This document shows, piece after piece, positions 9,308-19,368 of a stretch of 64,000 nucleotides of DNA. A program made the position numbers and the translations under genes. The DNA comes from Ginsengibacter sp. (GTDB lineage: Bacteria > Bacteroidota > Bacteroidia > Chitinophagales > Chitinophagaceae). The notes beneath the pieces were generated by a model. The model had not been told where the DNA came from, did no database searches, and saw nothing but the letters and a program-made list of their open reading frames with translations. The stretch is from the NCBI GenBank assembly GCA_051959325.1, contig JBQCFI010000289.1:28142-92141 (forward strand), in the 5' to 3' direction. The number at the start of each line of letters is the position of its first letter. Positions within the stretch are counted from its first letter, which is position 1.

Positions 9308-9979
9308 GTGAAAATATTAATTATAGAAGATGAAAAAAGCTTGAGCGAAAGTATGGCGGCATATCTTTCTTCACAGGATTATCATTGTGATATTGCTGAA
9401 GATTATGATACAGCAGTTTACAAAACTGAATACAATGATTATGATTGTATTTTGCTCGATATTACTTTGCCCGGTGGAAATGGATTAAAGATTTTGGAGC
9501 AATTAAAAGAAGACAAAAAAACGGATGGCGTACTAATTATTTCTGCAAAAAATTCTTTAGACGATAAAATAAAAGGACTAAACCTTGGTGCAGACGATTA
9601 TTTATCAAAGCCGTTTCATTTATCAGAATTAAATGCGCGTGTTGCTGCAATTATCCGAAGAAAAAAGTTTGATGGAAATTCTATTTTGCAGTTTAATAAT
9701 ATCAGCATTGATACACAAAGTAAAACAGTAATGGTAGAAAATAATCCGGTAGAACTAACAAAAAAGGAATACGAATTGTTGATTTATTTTGTTTCAAATA
9801 AAAAACGGATTATCTCCAAAGAAGCAATAGCAGAGCATCTTTGGGGAAATGACATGGCCGGAAATTTTGATTTTATTTATACCCATATCAAAAATCTACG
9901 AAAGAAATTAATGGATGCCGGAGAGGCAGATTATATCAAATCTGTGTATGGAATGGGTTATAAATTTACAACGCAATGA
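9308..9979 (+). CDS. OmpR/PhoB-family response regulator
   Basis: IIEDE, LLDITLPG phosphoacceptor, GADDYLSKPF, winged helix with SVYGMGY. Confidence 0.95.
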   Translation: MKILIIEDEKSLSESMAAYLSSQDYHCDIAEDYDTAVYKTEYNDYDCILLDITLPGGNGLKILEQLKEDKKTDGVLIISAKNSLDDKIKGLNLGADDYLSKPFHLSELNARVAAIIRRKKFDGNSILQFNNISIDTQSKTVMVENNPVELTKKEYELLIYFVSNKKRIISKEAIAEHLWGNDMAGNFDFIYTHIKNLRKKLMDAGEADYIKSVYGMGYKFTTQ

Positions 9980-11235
9980 AACTACTTGCAAAATACAATC
10001 GCGTAAATATTCCGATTACGATCATTACACTTTTGATCACTGGCATTTGTTTTTATTTTATCATCCATTATGTTTTGGTGTATCAGCTTGATAAAGATTT
10101 ATATATCGAACAACAAGAAATTATACATTACATAAAGGAGAAAGGAACTTTACCGGAAACCTCCAACTATAAAGACCAGCAAATTGAATTTCACTCCACA
10201 AAAAATGGTGATTTTAAAAGTAAATTTTCGACAACAGAAGTTTATGATAAAAAAGAAAACGAATCGGATATATTCAGAAAATTGGATTTTTTTGTAACAA
10301 TTAATGGTAACAATTATATAGCAGAAGTAAAAAAATCACAAGAGGAAACAGAAGATATTATTCAGATGATTTTAGTAATTACTTTTTCTGTAATTATTTT
10401 TTTACTTCTCGTACTTTTTATTGCTAATCGGTTTCTACTGGCTAAAATATGGAAACCATTTAATCATACTTTAGCACAGCTAAAACAATTTAATCTTTCT
10501 TCTAAAAATAAAATTGTACTTCAGCAAACGGACATTAATGAGTTTGATGAACTAAATGAAACGGTACTTTTTATGACTGAAAAAGTAAGCAGGGATTATG
10601 AATCTCTGAAAAATTTTACAGAAAATGCTTCCCATGAAATACAAACTCCTTTATCTATCATAAAAAATAAAATTGAATTGTTGTTGCAATCAGAAAATCT
10701 TGATAAAACCCAGGTCAATGCAATTCAAAGTTTAAACGATGCCGCTTCCCGGCTTTCCAAATTAAATCAGTCTTTATTGCTGCTTGCAAAGATTGAAAAT
10801 CATCAGTTTGAAAACGGCGAAAAAATTAATTTTTCATTTTTGCTGAACAGTTGTATTGAAAATTATGAAGAACTGGCAACGATTAAAAATATCAGCATTG
10901 AAAAAAATATTGCTGAAAATATATTTATAGAAATAAATGATTCACTTGCAGAAATTCTGATTTCGAATATTATTTTGAATGCGATAAAACACAATTACCA
11001 AAACGGGAACATAAAAATTCAACTTGCCTCAAACTCAATAATAGTAAGCAATACCGGCGATGCGCCACATGAAAATACCGCAAGATTGTTCGAGCGTTTT
11101 AAAAAAGATTCTTCTTCCTCTGATTCAATTGGGCTTGGATTAGCGATTGTAAAAACAATCTGTGATACTTATGGATTCATTATTTCCTATTATTATAAAG
11201 AAGATATGCATATAGTAAAAATTATTTTTCATTAA
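9976..11235 (+). CDS. Sensor histidine kinase
   Basis: Two TM helices, ASHEIQTPL H-box, NAIKHN N-box, GLGLAIV G-box; ATGA overlap with the regulator. Confidence 0.95.
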   Translation: MKLLAKYNRVNIPITIITLLITGICFYFIIHYVLVYQLDKDLYIEQQEIIHYIKEKGTLPETSNYKDQQIEFHSTKNGDFKSKFSTTEVYDKKENESDIFRKLDFFVTINGNNYIAEVKKSQEETEDIIQMILVITFSVIIFLLLVLFIANRFLLAKIWKPFNHTLAQLKQFNLSSKNKIVLQQTDINEFDELNETVLFMTEKVSRDYESLKNFTENASHEIQTPLSIIKNKIELLLQSENLDKTQVNAIQSLNDAASRLSKLNQSLLLLAKIENHQFENGEKINFSFLLNSCIENYEELATIKNISIEKNIAENIFIEINDSLAEILISNIILNAIKHNYQNGNIKIQLASNSIIVSNTGDAPHENTARLFERFKKDSSSSDSIGLGLAIVKTICDTYGFIISYYYKEDMHIVKIIFH

Positions 11236-11302
11236 TCATGAATGTGACACAGCCTTTACAAGCAAATAAAGTATTCAATTTATTATTAAAATTGAAATCA
11301 TC

Positions 11303-11325
11303 ATAAAAGTGCTTTTACTGTTCTT
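11303..11325. repeat. 23-bp exact repeat, copy 2
   Basis: Identical to 8655-8677. Confidence 0.85.
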
Positions 11326-11492
11326 TCCTGAGTACTCAGACTTTCGCATAAACACTTTTACATCCTGATTAGGATGCTTCATTTTCAAGACAATTTTTTT
11401 ATCATATTTTTTTAAATTTCTAAAAATTTTTTAATAAAAAATGAGGCGTTTTTTATAGCATTCACTTTTTTTTAAAAAAGGTTTCCTGTTTC

Positions 11493-11526
11493 TTCAAATT
11501 CTCTTCAGATTCAGTATTTAGGTTTG
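11493..11526 (+). promoter_or_regulatory. Direct-repeat box plus -7 box
   Basis: TTCAAATTCTCTTCAGATTC, 6 nt, TAGGTTTG. Confidence 0.72.
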
Positions 11527-11559
11527 TATAAAATTATTCATAATTAAAAATTCAAAACA

Positions 11560-12009
11560 ATGAAAAAAGTATTAGGTTTTACAGCAATTATGCTTGCATT
11601 AACCGCCACTTCCTTTGCTCAGGAAAATGAAGGCGGGCATCAAAAAATAAGTGTGCCGGCTGTGGTTAAAAAAGCCAATATGGATAAGTATCCGGAATCA
11701 AAAACCCAAAAAGTAACCTGGGAAAAAGAGAAAGGAAATTACGAAGCCAACTGGGGTGGCAAAGATGGAGAAGCGAACTCTGTTCAATACACGCCATCGG
11801 GAAAATTTATAGAAATAGTAAAAGCGATTCCAACAAAAGATTTGCCTCAAGGTGTTGTAACTTATGCAAAAGAACATTATAAAACCACTAAATTTGGCGA
11901 TGTTGGAAGAGCAACAGATGCCAATGGAAAAGTTTCTTATGAAGTAGAAATTCATGGTAAAGATGTGATCTTTGATGAGAATGGAAATTTTGTAAAAGAA
12001 GATAAATAA
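11560..12009 (+). CDS. Secreted PepSY-like domain protein
   Basis: Signal peptide; VTWEKEKGNYEANW and YEVEI..KDVIFD..GNF PepSY-like repeats. Confidence 0.8.
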   Translation: MKKVLGFTAIMLALTATSFAQENEGGHQKISVPAVVKKANMDKYPESKTQKVTWEKEKGNYEANWGGKDGEANSVQYTPSGKFIEIVKAIPTKDLPQGVVTYAKEHYKTTKFGDVGRATDANGKVSYEVEIHGKDVIFDENGNFVKEDK

Positions 12010-12025
12010 TAAATCTCTCGCTAAT

Positions 12026-12063
12026 AAGCTATCTCGTTCCAGGAATGGGATAGCTTTTGTTTT
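12026..12063 (+). terminator. Intrinsic terminator between the PepSY gene and tolC
   Basis: AAGCTATCTCGTTC-cag-GAATGGGATAGCTT followed by TTGTTTT. Confidence 0.7.
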
Positions 12064-12069
12064 ATAAAA

Positions 12070-13314
12070 ATGAATATGAGGTATTTTATAATAATTTTAG
12101 GTTTTCTTTCGCCGATATTTTCTTTTGGGCAAAACAAGGACCTTGATTATTTTATCAATAAATCGCTTACAAACGATCCCAGGATTTCAGAGATTCAGAA
12201 TTTAATTTTAGCAAATAAAGTTGACAGCGCCTTAATTGTTGCAGGAAATAAAGCCCAGGTTACAGGAAACGGAAATGCTTACTATGCGCCGGTTATAAAC
12301 GGTTGGGGTTATGATGTTCCCATCACCAACGGTCAGCAACTTTCTGCATTAGTTGCCTTGAATAAACAGATTTATAACAAGCGAAATTTGAGCTTGCAAT
12401 TCAAAAGTTTGCAATTGCAAAATGATTCATTGACCAATTTTATTGCTATCAGTAAACAGGATATTAAGAAGGCTATTATTACTCAATATATTACCACTTA
12501 TGGCGATCAGCTTCAATTAGATTTTAATGATCAGTTGATTGCTCTTCTATCTCAGGAAGAACAATTATTAAAAGCACTTACGCAGAAAAATGTTTATAAA
12601 CAGGCAGATTATTTATCATTTTTGGTAACGCTTCAGCAGCAACAATTAACCAGGAACCAATTGTTTGTTCAATATAAAAATAATTATGCAACGCTTAATT
12701 ATCTTGCAGGCATTGTTGATACAACTACTGAAACCCTTGCTGTACCAGAGATCCAGATAAAATCTAATTTTTATAACGGAAATTCTCCTTTTATTTTAAA
12801 TTATAAAATAGACAGCCTGCGCCTTGAGAACGAACGTGCTATCGTTAAATATCAATACCGTCCAAAAGTAAATCTCTTTGCTGATGCCGGTTATCAATCT
12901 ACTTTTGCAATAACTCCTTATAAAAATTTCGGTTATAGTTTTGGGATCAATCTTACGGTTCCGATTTATGACGGTCATCAAAAGAGATTGCAGTTTACGA
13001 AACTGGACATCCAGGAAAGAACAAGGCAAAAGCAAAGAAATTTTTTTTACAACCAATACCAGCAGCAGATTCTTCAATTGCAACAACAATTGAACGACCT
13101 TCAAAACCTTGCTGGGCCTGTGAATAAACAAATTGAATACCTGGAAGCGCTGATAAAAGTTAATGGAAAATTATTGGAAAAAGGTGATATCAGAATTACC
13201 GATTATGTGCTTGCTTTGAATAATTATATCACCGCAAAAAACCTAATTGTTCAGAATCAGATTGAGCGATACCAGGTAATCCAGCAACTCAATTATTGGA
13301 ATATGAAATTGTAA
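12070..13314 (+). CDS. TolC-family outer membrane efflux protein
   Basis: Signal peptide, Gln/Leu coiled coils, NLTVPIYDG strand, position in the RND operon. Confidence 0.85.
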   Translation: MNMRYFIIILGFLSPIFSFGQNKDLDYFINKSLTNDPRISEIQNLILANKVDSALIVAGNKAQVTGNGNAYYAPVINGWGYDVPITNGQQLSALVALNKQIYNKRNLSLQFKSLQLQNDSLTNFIAISKQDIKKAIITQYITTYGDQLQLDFNDQLIALLSQEEQLLKALTQKNVYKQADYLSFLVTLQQQQLTRNQLFVQYKNNYATLNYLAGIVDTTTETLAVPEIQIKSNFYNGNSPFILNYKIDSLRLENERAIVKYQYRPKVNLFADAGYQSTFAITPYKNFGYSFGINLTVPIYDGHQKRLQFTKLDIQERTRQKQRNFFYNQYQQQILQLQQQLNDLQNLAGPVNKQIEYLEALIKVNGKLLEKGDIRITDYVLALNNYITAKNLIVQNQIERYQVIQQLNYWNMKL

Positions 13315-13337
13315 AAAATGGATTTTAATCAAATCAA

Positions 13338-14285
13338 ATGAAAAGATATTTTGTAAAATCAGTTTTCGCATTATTTGTTTGTTTACTGCTTTTTGCCAGT
13401 TGCAAAACAAAGGACACAACCACTACAGATACTCCTGCAGAAGTTCGTGTATCTGTTACCGTTACATCTGTTTCTTTTGAACCATTGCAACAATACATCG
13501 ACCTGAATGCCACTTCCACTTTTCTCCGACAAAATTTTGTAAAATCAAACCTGAATGGTTACATACAAAAGGCGACTATCAAATTCGGCGATTATGTTAA
13601 TCGCGGCAGGGTTTTGTTTGTTTTAAAAACAAAAGAGGCAGCAGCAATTGGTAATTCGGTAAATAAATTAGATTCTAATTTTAATTTTTCCGGAGTGAAT
13701 GTGGTACGCGCCGATGCCTCCGGTTATGTAATGCAGGTCAATCACCAGGCAGGGGATTATGTGCAGGATGGCGAACAACTTGCTGTGATCAATGATTCTA
13801 AAAGTTTTGTTTTTGTGATGAATGTTCCTTACGAATACAAGCCCTACGTTTCTACCGGAAAGCAGGTGCAGCTTACTTTACCGGACGGTGAAAAATTATG
13901 GGGAACGGTAAAACCTTCTTTGCCAATAATGGATTCTGCTTCACAAACACAGGCGGTTTCATTGAATGTAAATTCTCCTCATCCTATTCCTGTAAATTTA
14001 GTTGCGAAAGTGCAGCTTTTAAAAGCATTAAAAACAGCCGCACCAACTTTAGATAAGAAAGCAGTTTTATCTGATGAAACAGAAACCAATTTTTGGGTAA
14101 TGAAAATGATCAATGATAGCACGGCTATAAAAGTGCCGGTAAAAACAGGAATAGAATCAGGCGCTAAAATAGAAATTATTTCTCCTGCTTTTCAGCCAAA
14201 CGATAAAATCTTATTGTCCGGAAATTATGGATTGGAAGACACGACAAAAGTGATTGTTCAAAAAGATTCGAGCGGTATTAAATAG
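13338..14285 (+). CDS. RND periplasmic adaptor (MFP) lipoprotein
   Basis: Lipobox FASC; ADASGYV, GDYVQDGE lipoyl-like motif; PVKTG. Confidence 0.88.
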   Translation: MKRYFVKSVFALFVCLLLFASCKTKDTTTTDTPAEVRVSVTVTSVSFEPLQQYIDLNATSTFLRQNFVKSNLNGYIQKATIKFGDYVNRGRVLFVLKTKEAAAIGNSVNKLDSNFNFSGVNVVRADASGYVMQVNHQAGDYVQDGEQLAVINDSKSFVFVMNVPYEYKPYVSTGKQVQLTLPDGEKLWGTVKPSLPIMDSASQTQAVSLNVNSPHPIPVNLVAKVQLLKALKTAAPTLDKKAVLSDETETNFWVMKMINDSTAIKVPVKTGIESGAKIEIISPAFQPNDKILLSGNYGLEDTTKVIVQKDSSGIK

Positions 14286-14314
14286 GCGTTCAAAAAAATA
14301 ATCGCATAAATAAC

Positions 14315-17300
14315 ATGAAAAATTTTTTCACCACATATAAAAGTCCGATGACCGTTGTTCTGGCAATGATCATTTTGGGCGGCGCATTTGCTTATACCAA
14401 ATTGCAAACGTCTTTATTTCCTGAAATTACTTTTCCTAAAATAAAAATTATTGCTGATGCGGGTTTGCAACCGGTTGATAAAATGATGGTAACTGTAACC
14501 CGTCCATTAGAATTAGCGATTAAAAAAATCCCGGACCTGACAGACATCAGAAGCATTACAAGCCGTGGCAGTTGCGAGATTTCAGCTTTTATTGATTGGA
14601 AAGCGAATGTAGATTTGAGTCAGCAAAGAATAGAATCAAGAATTGCCGAAATCAGAAATACCCTTCCGCCGGATGTAAATATCACGGTTGAGAAAATGAA
14701 TCCATCCATTTTACCGGTGATGGGCTATTCATTAGAGAGCCATGAACTATCACCGATAGAATTAAAACAACTGGCGCTTTATACCATCAAACCCTACCTG
14801 AGCCAGGTTCCCGGTGTTTCTGAGATAAGAGTAATTGGTGGAAAAACAAAGGAATACTGGATACAACTGGATCTGCAAAAAATGAGTACGCTCGGCCTTA
14901 CTCCCGAAGCAATCAACACTGCCTTGAGCCAAACAAATTTTATTCAATCAAACGGATATTTATCTGATTACCGCCATCTTTATTTAACCCTTACGAATGC
15001 TTCTGTTACATCACTCAATCAATTAAAAAATGTTGTGATCAGCAATAATGGCAAACGTGCTGTTCAGTTGCAGGACATTGCAAACATACAGGTAAAAGAA
15101 GCAGTTGAATACATAAAAGTAAACGCGAACGGTAAGGAAAGCGTTCTCATTGCTGTGGTAAAACAACCAAATAGTAATCTGATTGATGTGTCTCAATTAA
15201 TGAAAGAAAAAATCGCAGCGCTCCAAAATATTCTTCCAAAAGGGGTAACGCTGAAACCTTATTATGTTCAGGCAGATTTTGTAAATACTTCTGTAAAAAG
15301 TGTTACGGATAGTTTATGGATTGGATTGGTTTTAGCAATTATTGTCGTTATCATTTTTTTAAAATCTTTTAAAGCAAGCGCGACGATTTTAATCACGATT
15401 CCTGTTACGCTTGGCGCTACTTTAATTTCGCTGTATGCTGTTGGATACACCTTAAATATTATGACGCTTGGCGCTATTGCAGCCTCGCTTGGATTAATTA
15501 TTGATGATGCGATTGTGGTGCTTGAACAAATACACCGAACTCATGAAGAAAATCCCGGTGAAGAATATAAAACGATTGTACAAAAAGCAGTTCATTATTT
15601 GTTTCCGGCAATGGTTGGTTCTTCTATAAGCACGATCGTAATTTTTATTCCATTCATTCTGATGAGCGGCGTTGCCGGCGCCTATTTTAATGTGCTTACC
15701 AATACGATGATCATTACATTGGTTTGCTCATTTTTTGTAACGTGGCTGGGACTTCCGGTGGTTTATCTTTTATTTTCTAAGAAAAAAAAATCAGAAAAAA
15801 TTGTTACTCAAAAAGAAAAAAAGAAAAAAGAAAAACAACTTCAGTTAGAGAAAAAAGAAAAGAACTGGGTTACGTTTTTTGTTCTCCGGCCTTGGATCAG
15901 TTTCATATTTGTAGGGCTTTTGATTCTTTCTATTGTATTAATTGTATCAAGATTGCAAACTGGTTTTCTACCAAATATGGATGAAGGAACGATTGTGCTT
16001 GATTATTCCTCTCTTCCCGGAACGTCTTTGGAAGAAACGGATAAAGAATTGCAACAGGTAGAAAAAATTATAGTATCCACGCCCGAAGTAAGCGCCTATT
16101 CGCGACGCACCGGAACACAGATGGGATTTTTTATTACAGAACCAAACAGGGGCGATTATGAGATTCAATTAAAAGATAAAAGAAATAAAACAACAGATCA
16201 GGTAATAGAAGAAATCCGCAAAAGAATAGAAGCATCACAGCCCGCATTGCGGGTGGATTTTGGCCAGGTAATCAGTGATATGCTTGGCGATCTGATGACA
16301 TCTGTTCAACCGATAGAGATAAAAATATTTGGAGATGATTTAGAGAAAATAAAAACGCTTTCAACAAAGGTTGCAAACGTGATTGAAAATATAAAAGGTA
16401 CTGCTGATGTTTTTAATGGAATTACTATAGCAGGCCCTTCCGTTATGGTTACGCCGGATTATTTTAGAATTGCTCAATTTGGAATTACACCTGCTGATCT
16501 CCAGTACCAATTGCAAACTTCTTTGGAAGGGAATCTGGCAGGAAATATTTTTGAAAATAACCGCGTCTATGCGGTACGATTGGTTTATCCGAATAGCCAA
16601 AAGATGAGTATTGAAGATGTCAAAAAATTACAGATTGCTTCTCCGGATGGAAGGTTGAAACCAATCGGTGAATTGGCCGACGTGCAAATCAGTAAAGGCG
16701 ATGCCGAAATTGCGAGAGAAAATTTACAATCTATGGGTGTCGTTTCTGCCCGTTTGCAAAACCGCGATTTGGGAAGTACGATGAAAGAAATTCAAAATAA
16801 AATTTCCTCCAAAATTCAATTGCCGACTGGATATCATATTGAATACGGCGGCTCTTATGCGCAGCAGCAACAATCCTTTACAGAACTTTTAATGATCTTA
16901 ATTGCATCAAGTCTTTTGGTATTTGGCGTAATACTTTTTTTATTTAAAGATGCAAAAGCCGCATTCATTATTTTATTCCTTGCCGTGCTCGGAATTTCGG
17001 GAAGTTACCTTGCCTTATTTATTACCAATACACCTTTAAATGTGGGAAGCTATACAGGTTTAATTATGATTGTTGGAATTATTGGGGAAAATTCCATCTT
17101 TACTTTTCTGCAGTTTAAAGAAAACCTTCTCCATCAAAATACGGATGAATCTGTTGAAAATGCAATCTCAAAAAGGCTTCGTCCAAACCTGATGACCGCA
17201 ATTGCAGCCATCATCGCTCTTATGCCGCTTGCACTTGGAATCGGCGCTGGCGCTGAGTTGCACCAACCTCTTGCCATCGCTGTTATCGGTGGGTTTTTAA

Positions 17301-17386
17301 TCGCGCTTCCTTTATTGCTGATTGTGTTGCCTTCGTTGTTGAGGTTGTTTTATAAGAATGCAAAACAGAAAACTGCATTGCAGTAA
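14315..17386 (+). CDS. RND permease (AcrB/CusA superfamily)
   Basis: 1023 aa; LFPEI.FP, GLIIDDAIVV, RLRPNLMT, PLAIAVIGG. Confidence 0.95.
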   Translation: MKNFFTTYKSPMTVVLAMIILGGAFAYTKLQTSLFPEITFPKIKIIADAGLQPVDKMMVTVTRPLELAIKKIPDLTDIRSITSRGSCEISAFIDWKANVDLSQQRIESRIAEIRNTLPPDVNITVEKMNPSILPVMGYSLESHELSPIELKQLALYTIKPYLSQVPGVSEIRVIGGKTKEYWIQLDLQKMSTLGLTPEAINTALSQTNFIQSNGYLSDYRHLYLTLTNASVTSLNQLKNVVISNNGKRAVQLQDIANIQVKEAVEYIKVNANGKESVLIAVVKQPNSNLIDVSQLMKEKIAALQNILPKGVTLKPYYVQADFVNTSVKSVTDSLWIGLVLAIIVVIIFLKSFKASATILITIPVTLGATLISLYAVGYTLNIMTLGAIAASLGLIIDDAIVVLEQIHRTHEENPGEEYKTIVQKAVHYLFPAMVGSSISTIVIFIPFILMSGVAGAYFNVLTNTMIITLVCSFFVTWLGLPVVYLLFSKKKKSEKIVTQKEKKKKEKQLQLEKKEKNWVTFFVLRPWISFIFVGLLILSIVLIVSRLQTGFLPNMDEGTIVLDYSSLPGTSLEETDKELQQVEKIIVSTPEVSAYSRRTGTQMGFFITEPNRGDYEIQLKDKRNKTTDQVIEEIRKRIEASQPALRVDFGQVISDMLGDLMTSVQPIEIKIFGDDLEKIKTLSTKVANVIENIKGTADVFNGITIAGPSVMVTPDYFRIAQFGITPADLQYQLQTSLEGNLAGNIFENNRVYAVRLVYPNSQKMSIEDVKKLQIASPDGRLKPIGELADVQISKGDAEIARENLQSMGVVSARLQNRDLGSTMKEIQNKISSKIQLPTGYHIEYGGSYAQQQQSFTELLMILIASSLLVFGVILFLFKDAKAAFIILFLAVLGISGSYLALFITNTPLNVGSYTGLIMIVGIIGENSIFTFLQFKENLLHQNTDESVENAISKRLRPNLMTAIAAIIALMPLALGIGAGAELHQPLAIAVIGGFLIALPLLLIVLPSLLRLFYKNAKQKTALQ

Positions 17387-17497
17387 ACAAAGGAATAAGA
17401 AGGATTCTTATTTTCTTTTTGATAAATTAATTAAAGATGAAAAATTTATAAGCATTTCTTGCAGGGGAAAAATTCTACATTCGCCAATCATCGCGAT

Positions 17498-17893
17498 ATG
17501 AATTTTATTAGAATTTTAAAAGTAAAAGCCTCAAAATTAAAATCTGAAATACAGGTTTTGATGATTGCTTACAAAGATCATCGCACACCTTTAAGAGCAA
17601 AGATATTGATCGGCATAACCGTTGGTTATTTATTAAGTCCAATTGATTTAATCCCTGATTTTATTCCGGTAATCGGCTTGTTAGATGATTTAATAATAAT
17701 ACCAATTTTAATTTCGGTTTCAATAAAGCTGATTCCAGCAACAGTATTGAACGATGCAAGAGAAAAGGCGAAAAATACTGCGCAGATTTATAAAAAAACA
17801 AATTGGGGGTTCGCAATTGTGATCATAATAATTTGGCTGGCACTGATATTTTTTGTCTATAAAAAACTACTCATTTTTAAGAAGAGAAATTAA
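17498..17893 (+). CDS. DUF1232/YkvA-family membrane protein
   Basis: YLLSPIDLIPDFIPVIGLLDD signature; ATG 17498 follows a TACATTCG -7-like box. Confidence 0.88.
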   Translation: MNFIRILKVKASKLKSEIQVLMIAYKDHRTPLRAKILIGITVGYLLSPIDLIPDFIPVIGLLDDLIIIPILISVSIKLIPATVLNDAREKAKNTAQIYKKTNWGFAIVIIIIWLALIFFVYKKLLIFKKRN

Positions 17894-17948
17894 AACAGAA
17901 ATCGTTTTTTCTTAGTAAACAAACTAATAAGTAAGATTTCTGTTTTTT
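17892..17948 (+). terminator. Long hairpin with U-tract after DUF1232
   Basis: AAAACAGAAATC...GATTTCTGTTTT arms. Confidence 0.55.
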
Positions 17949-18006
17949 AGGGAAAATTATCAATCTAATCCTGCTCAGGCTTTTAAATTATTTTCTTTTA
18001 TAAGTA

Positions 18007-18040
18007 TTCAGATTTTCTTTAGAATCTTTGTCTTTCTTTG
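18007..18040 (+). promoter_or_regulatory. Direct-repeat box plus degenerate -7 box upstream of PAP2 #2
   Basis: TTCAGATTTTCTTTAGAATC, 6 nt, TTTCTTTG. Confidence 0.55.
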
Positions 18041-18064
18041 AAAAAAAAAAAATTAAAATAAGAA

Positions 18065-18616
18065 ATGTCATTGTACGATTACGACCGGCATCTGCTTGAA
18101 TGGATCAATCATAACAGAATATTTTATTTAGATAATTTTTTCAGATTCATTACAGATACTGCAGGAGCCATCGCGGCCGCAATCGCAGTCCTTATTATTA
18201 TTTATGGATTCATCAAAAAAAACGGTTTTTTAAAATACAGAAAATATCAGGTTGCATTTGCATTTTCTATCAACGCAATTGTTATCAATATTCTTAAATA
18301 TTCAATCAACAGGCCACGGCCTTTTGCAGTTGATAAATATATTGAAAAATTAACCGGTGCCGGCAGCCCTTCTTTTCCATCGGGGCACACCGGCGATGCA
18401 ATGATAGTGGCTATTTCAATGTGTTTACTATTTGCCAGGCAAACGTGGCTGCTTGCCATTATCTGGATTTGGGCGGTTGCGGTTGCTTATTCGAGGATGG
18501 CATTAGGCGTTCATTATCCGGGCGATATCTTAGGTTCAGTAGTTATTAGTTTGATAGTGGCTTTTGCTTCTCAAAAAGTTTTTAACAAAATAACGATCAG
18601 TCAAAATAATAAATAA
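18065..18616 (+). CDS. PAP2-family membrane phosphatase #2
   Basis: KYSINRPRP, FPSGH, SRMALGVHYPGD. Confidence 0.92.
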   Translation: MSLYDYDRHLLEWINHNRIFYLDNFFRFITDTAGAIAAAIAVLIIIYGFIKKNGFLKYRKYQVAFAFSINAIVINILKYSINRPRPFAVDKYIEKLTGAGSPSFPSGHTGDAMIVAISMCLLFARQTWLLAIIWIWAVAVAYSRMALGVHYPGDILGSVVISLIVAFASQKVFNKITISQNNK

Positions 18617-18670
18617 ATTGACATAAAAAAAATAAGAGAATAATATGGTTTTTGAAATAAAAATTAATTT

Positions 18671-19321
18671 ATGAATTTGTATCAAAAAAAAACCGAACAC
18701 GAACAGAAAATTACAGCAATCTTTATTGATATTGGCGGTGTATTACTTACCGATGGCTGGAACCGTCAATGTCGGAAAAACGCTGCCTCAACATTTGAGT
18801 TGGACATTGACGATCTGGAAGAAAGACATCATCTTACTTTCGATACCTATGAGGAAGGAAAATTAAGTTTGGATGAGTATCTGAAAAGAATTGTTTTTTA
18901 TAAAGACCGCAGTTTCACAATGGATGAATTTAAGGAATTTATGTTTGCTCAATCGAAAGCTCATCCCGAAATGATCAAAAGCATATCCCTGTTAAAAGAA
19001 AAATATGGATTGAAAGTAGCAGTTATCAGTAACGAGGGACGTGAACTAACTGAGTTTAGAATAAAAAAATTTGAGCTAAATAAGTTTGTAGATTTTTTTA
19101 TTTCTTCATCCTTTGTTCATTTACGAAAACCTGACATAGATATTTTTAGAATGGCATTGGATATTGCGCAGGTAGAAGAAAAAGATGTAGTTTATATTGA
19201 AGACAGACCGATGTTTGTACAGGTGGCAGAAGGATTGGGCATTCATGGCATTCAGCGTATAGATCACAATTCTACCATGGAGAAATTAAAGTTATTTGGC
19301 TTACAGTTAGAAGAAGATTAG
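18671..19321 (+). CDS. HAD-superfamily hydrolase (subfamily IA)
   Basis: IFIDIGGVL motif I, ISN motif II, RKPD..IF, YIED motif IV. Confidence 0.9.
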   Translation: MNLYQKKTEHEQKITAIFIDIGGVLLTDGWNRQCRKNAASTFELDIDDLEERHHLTFDTYEEGKLSLDEYLKRIVFYKDRSFTMDEFKEFMFAQSKAHPEMIKSISLLKEKYGLKVAVISNEGRELTEFRIKKFELNKFVDFFISSSFVHLRKPDIDIFRMALDIAQVEEKDVVYIEDRPMFVQVAEGLGIHGIQRIDHNSTMEKLKLFGLQLEED

Positions 19322-19368
19322 AATTGTTATTAAATACTCCTCATTTTGATTATATAGAAAGTATAAAT

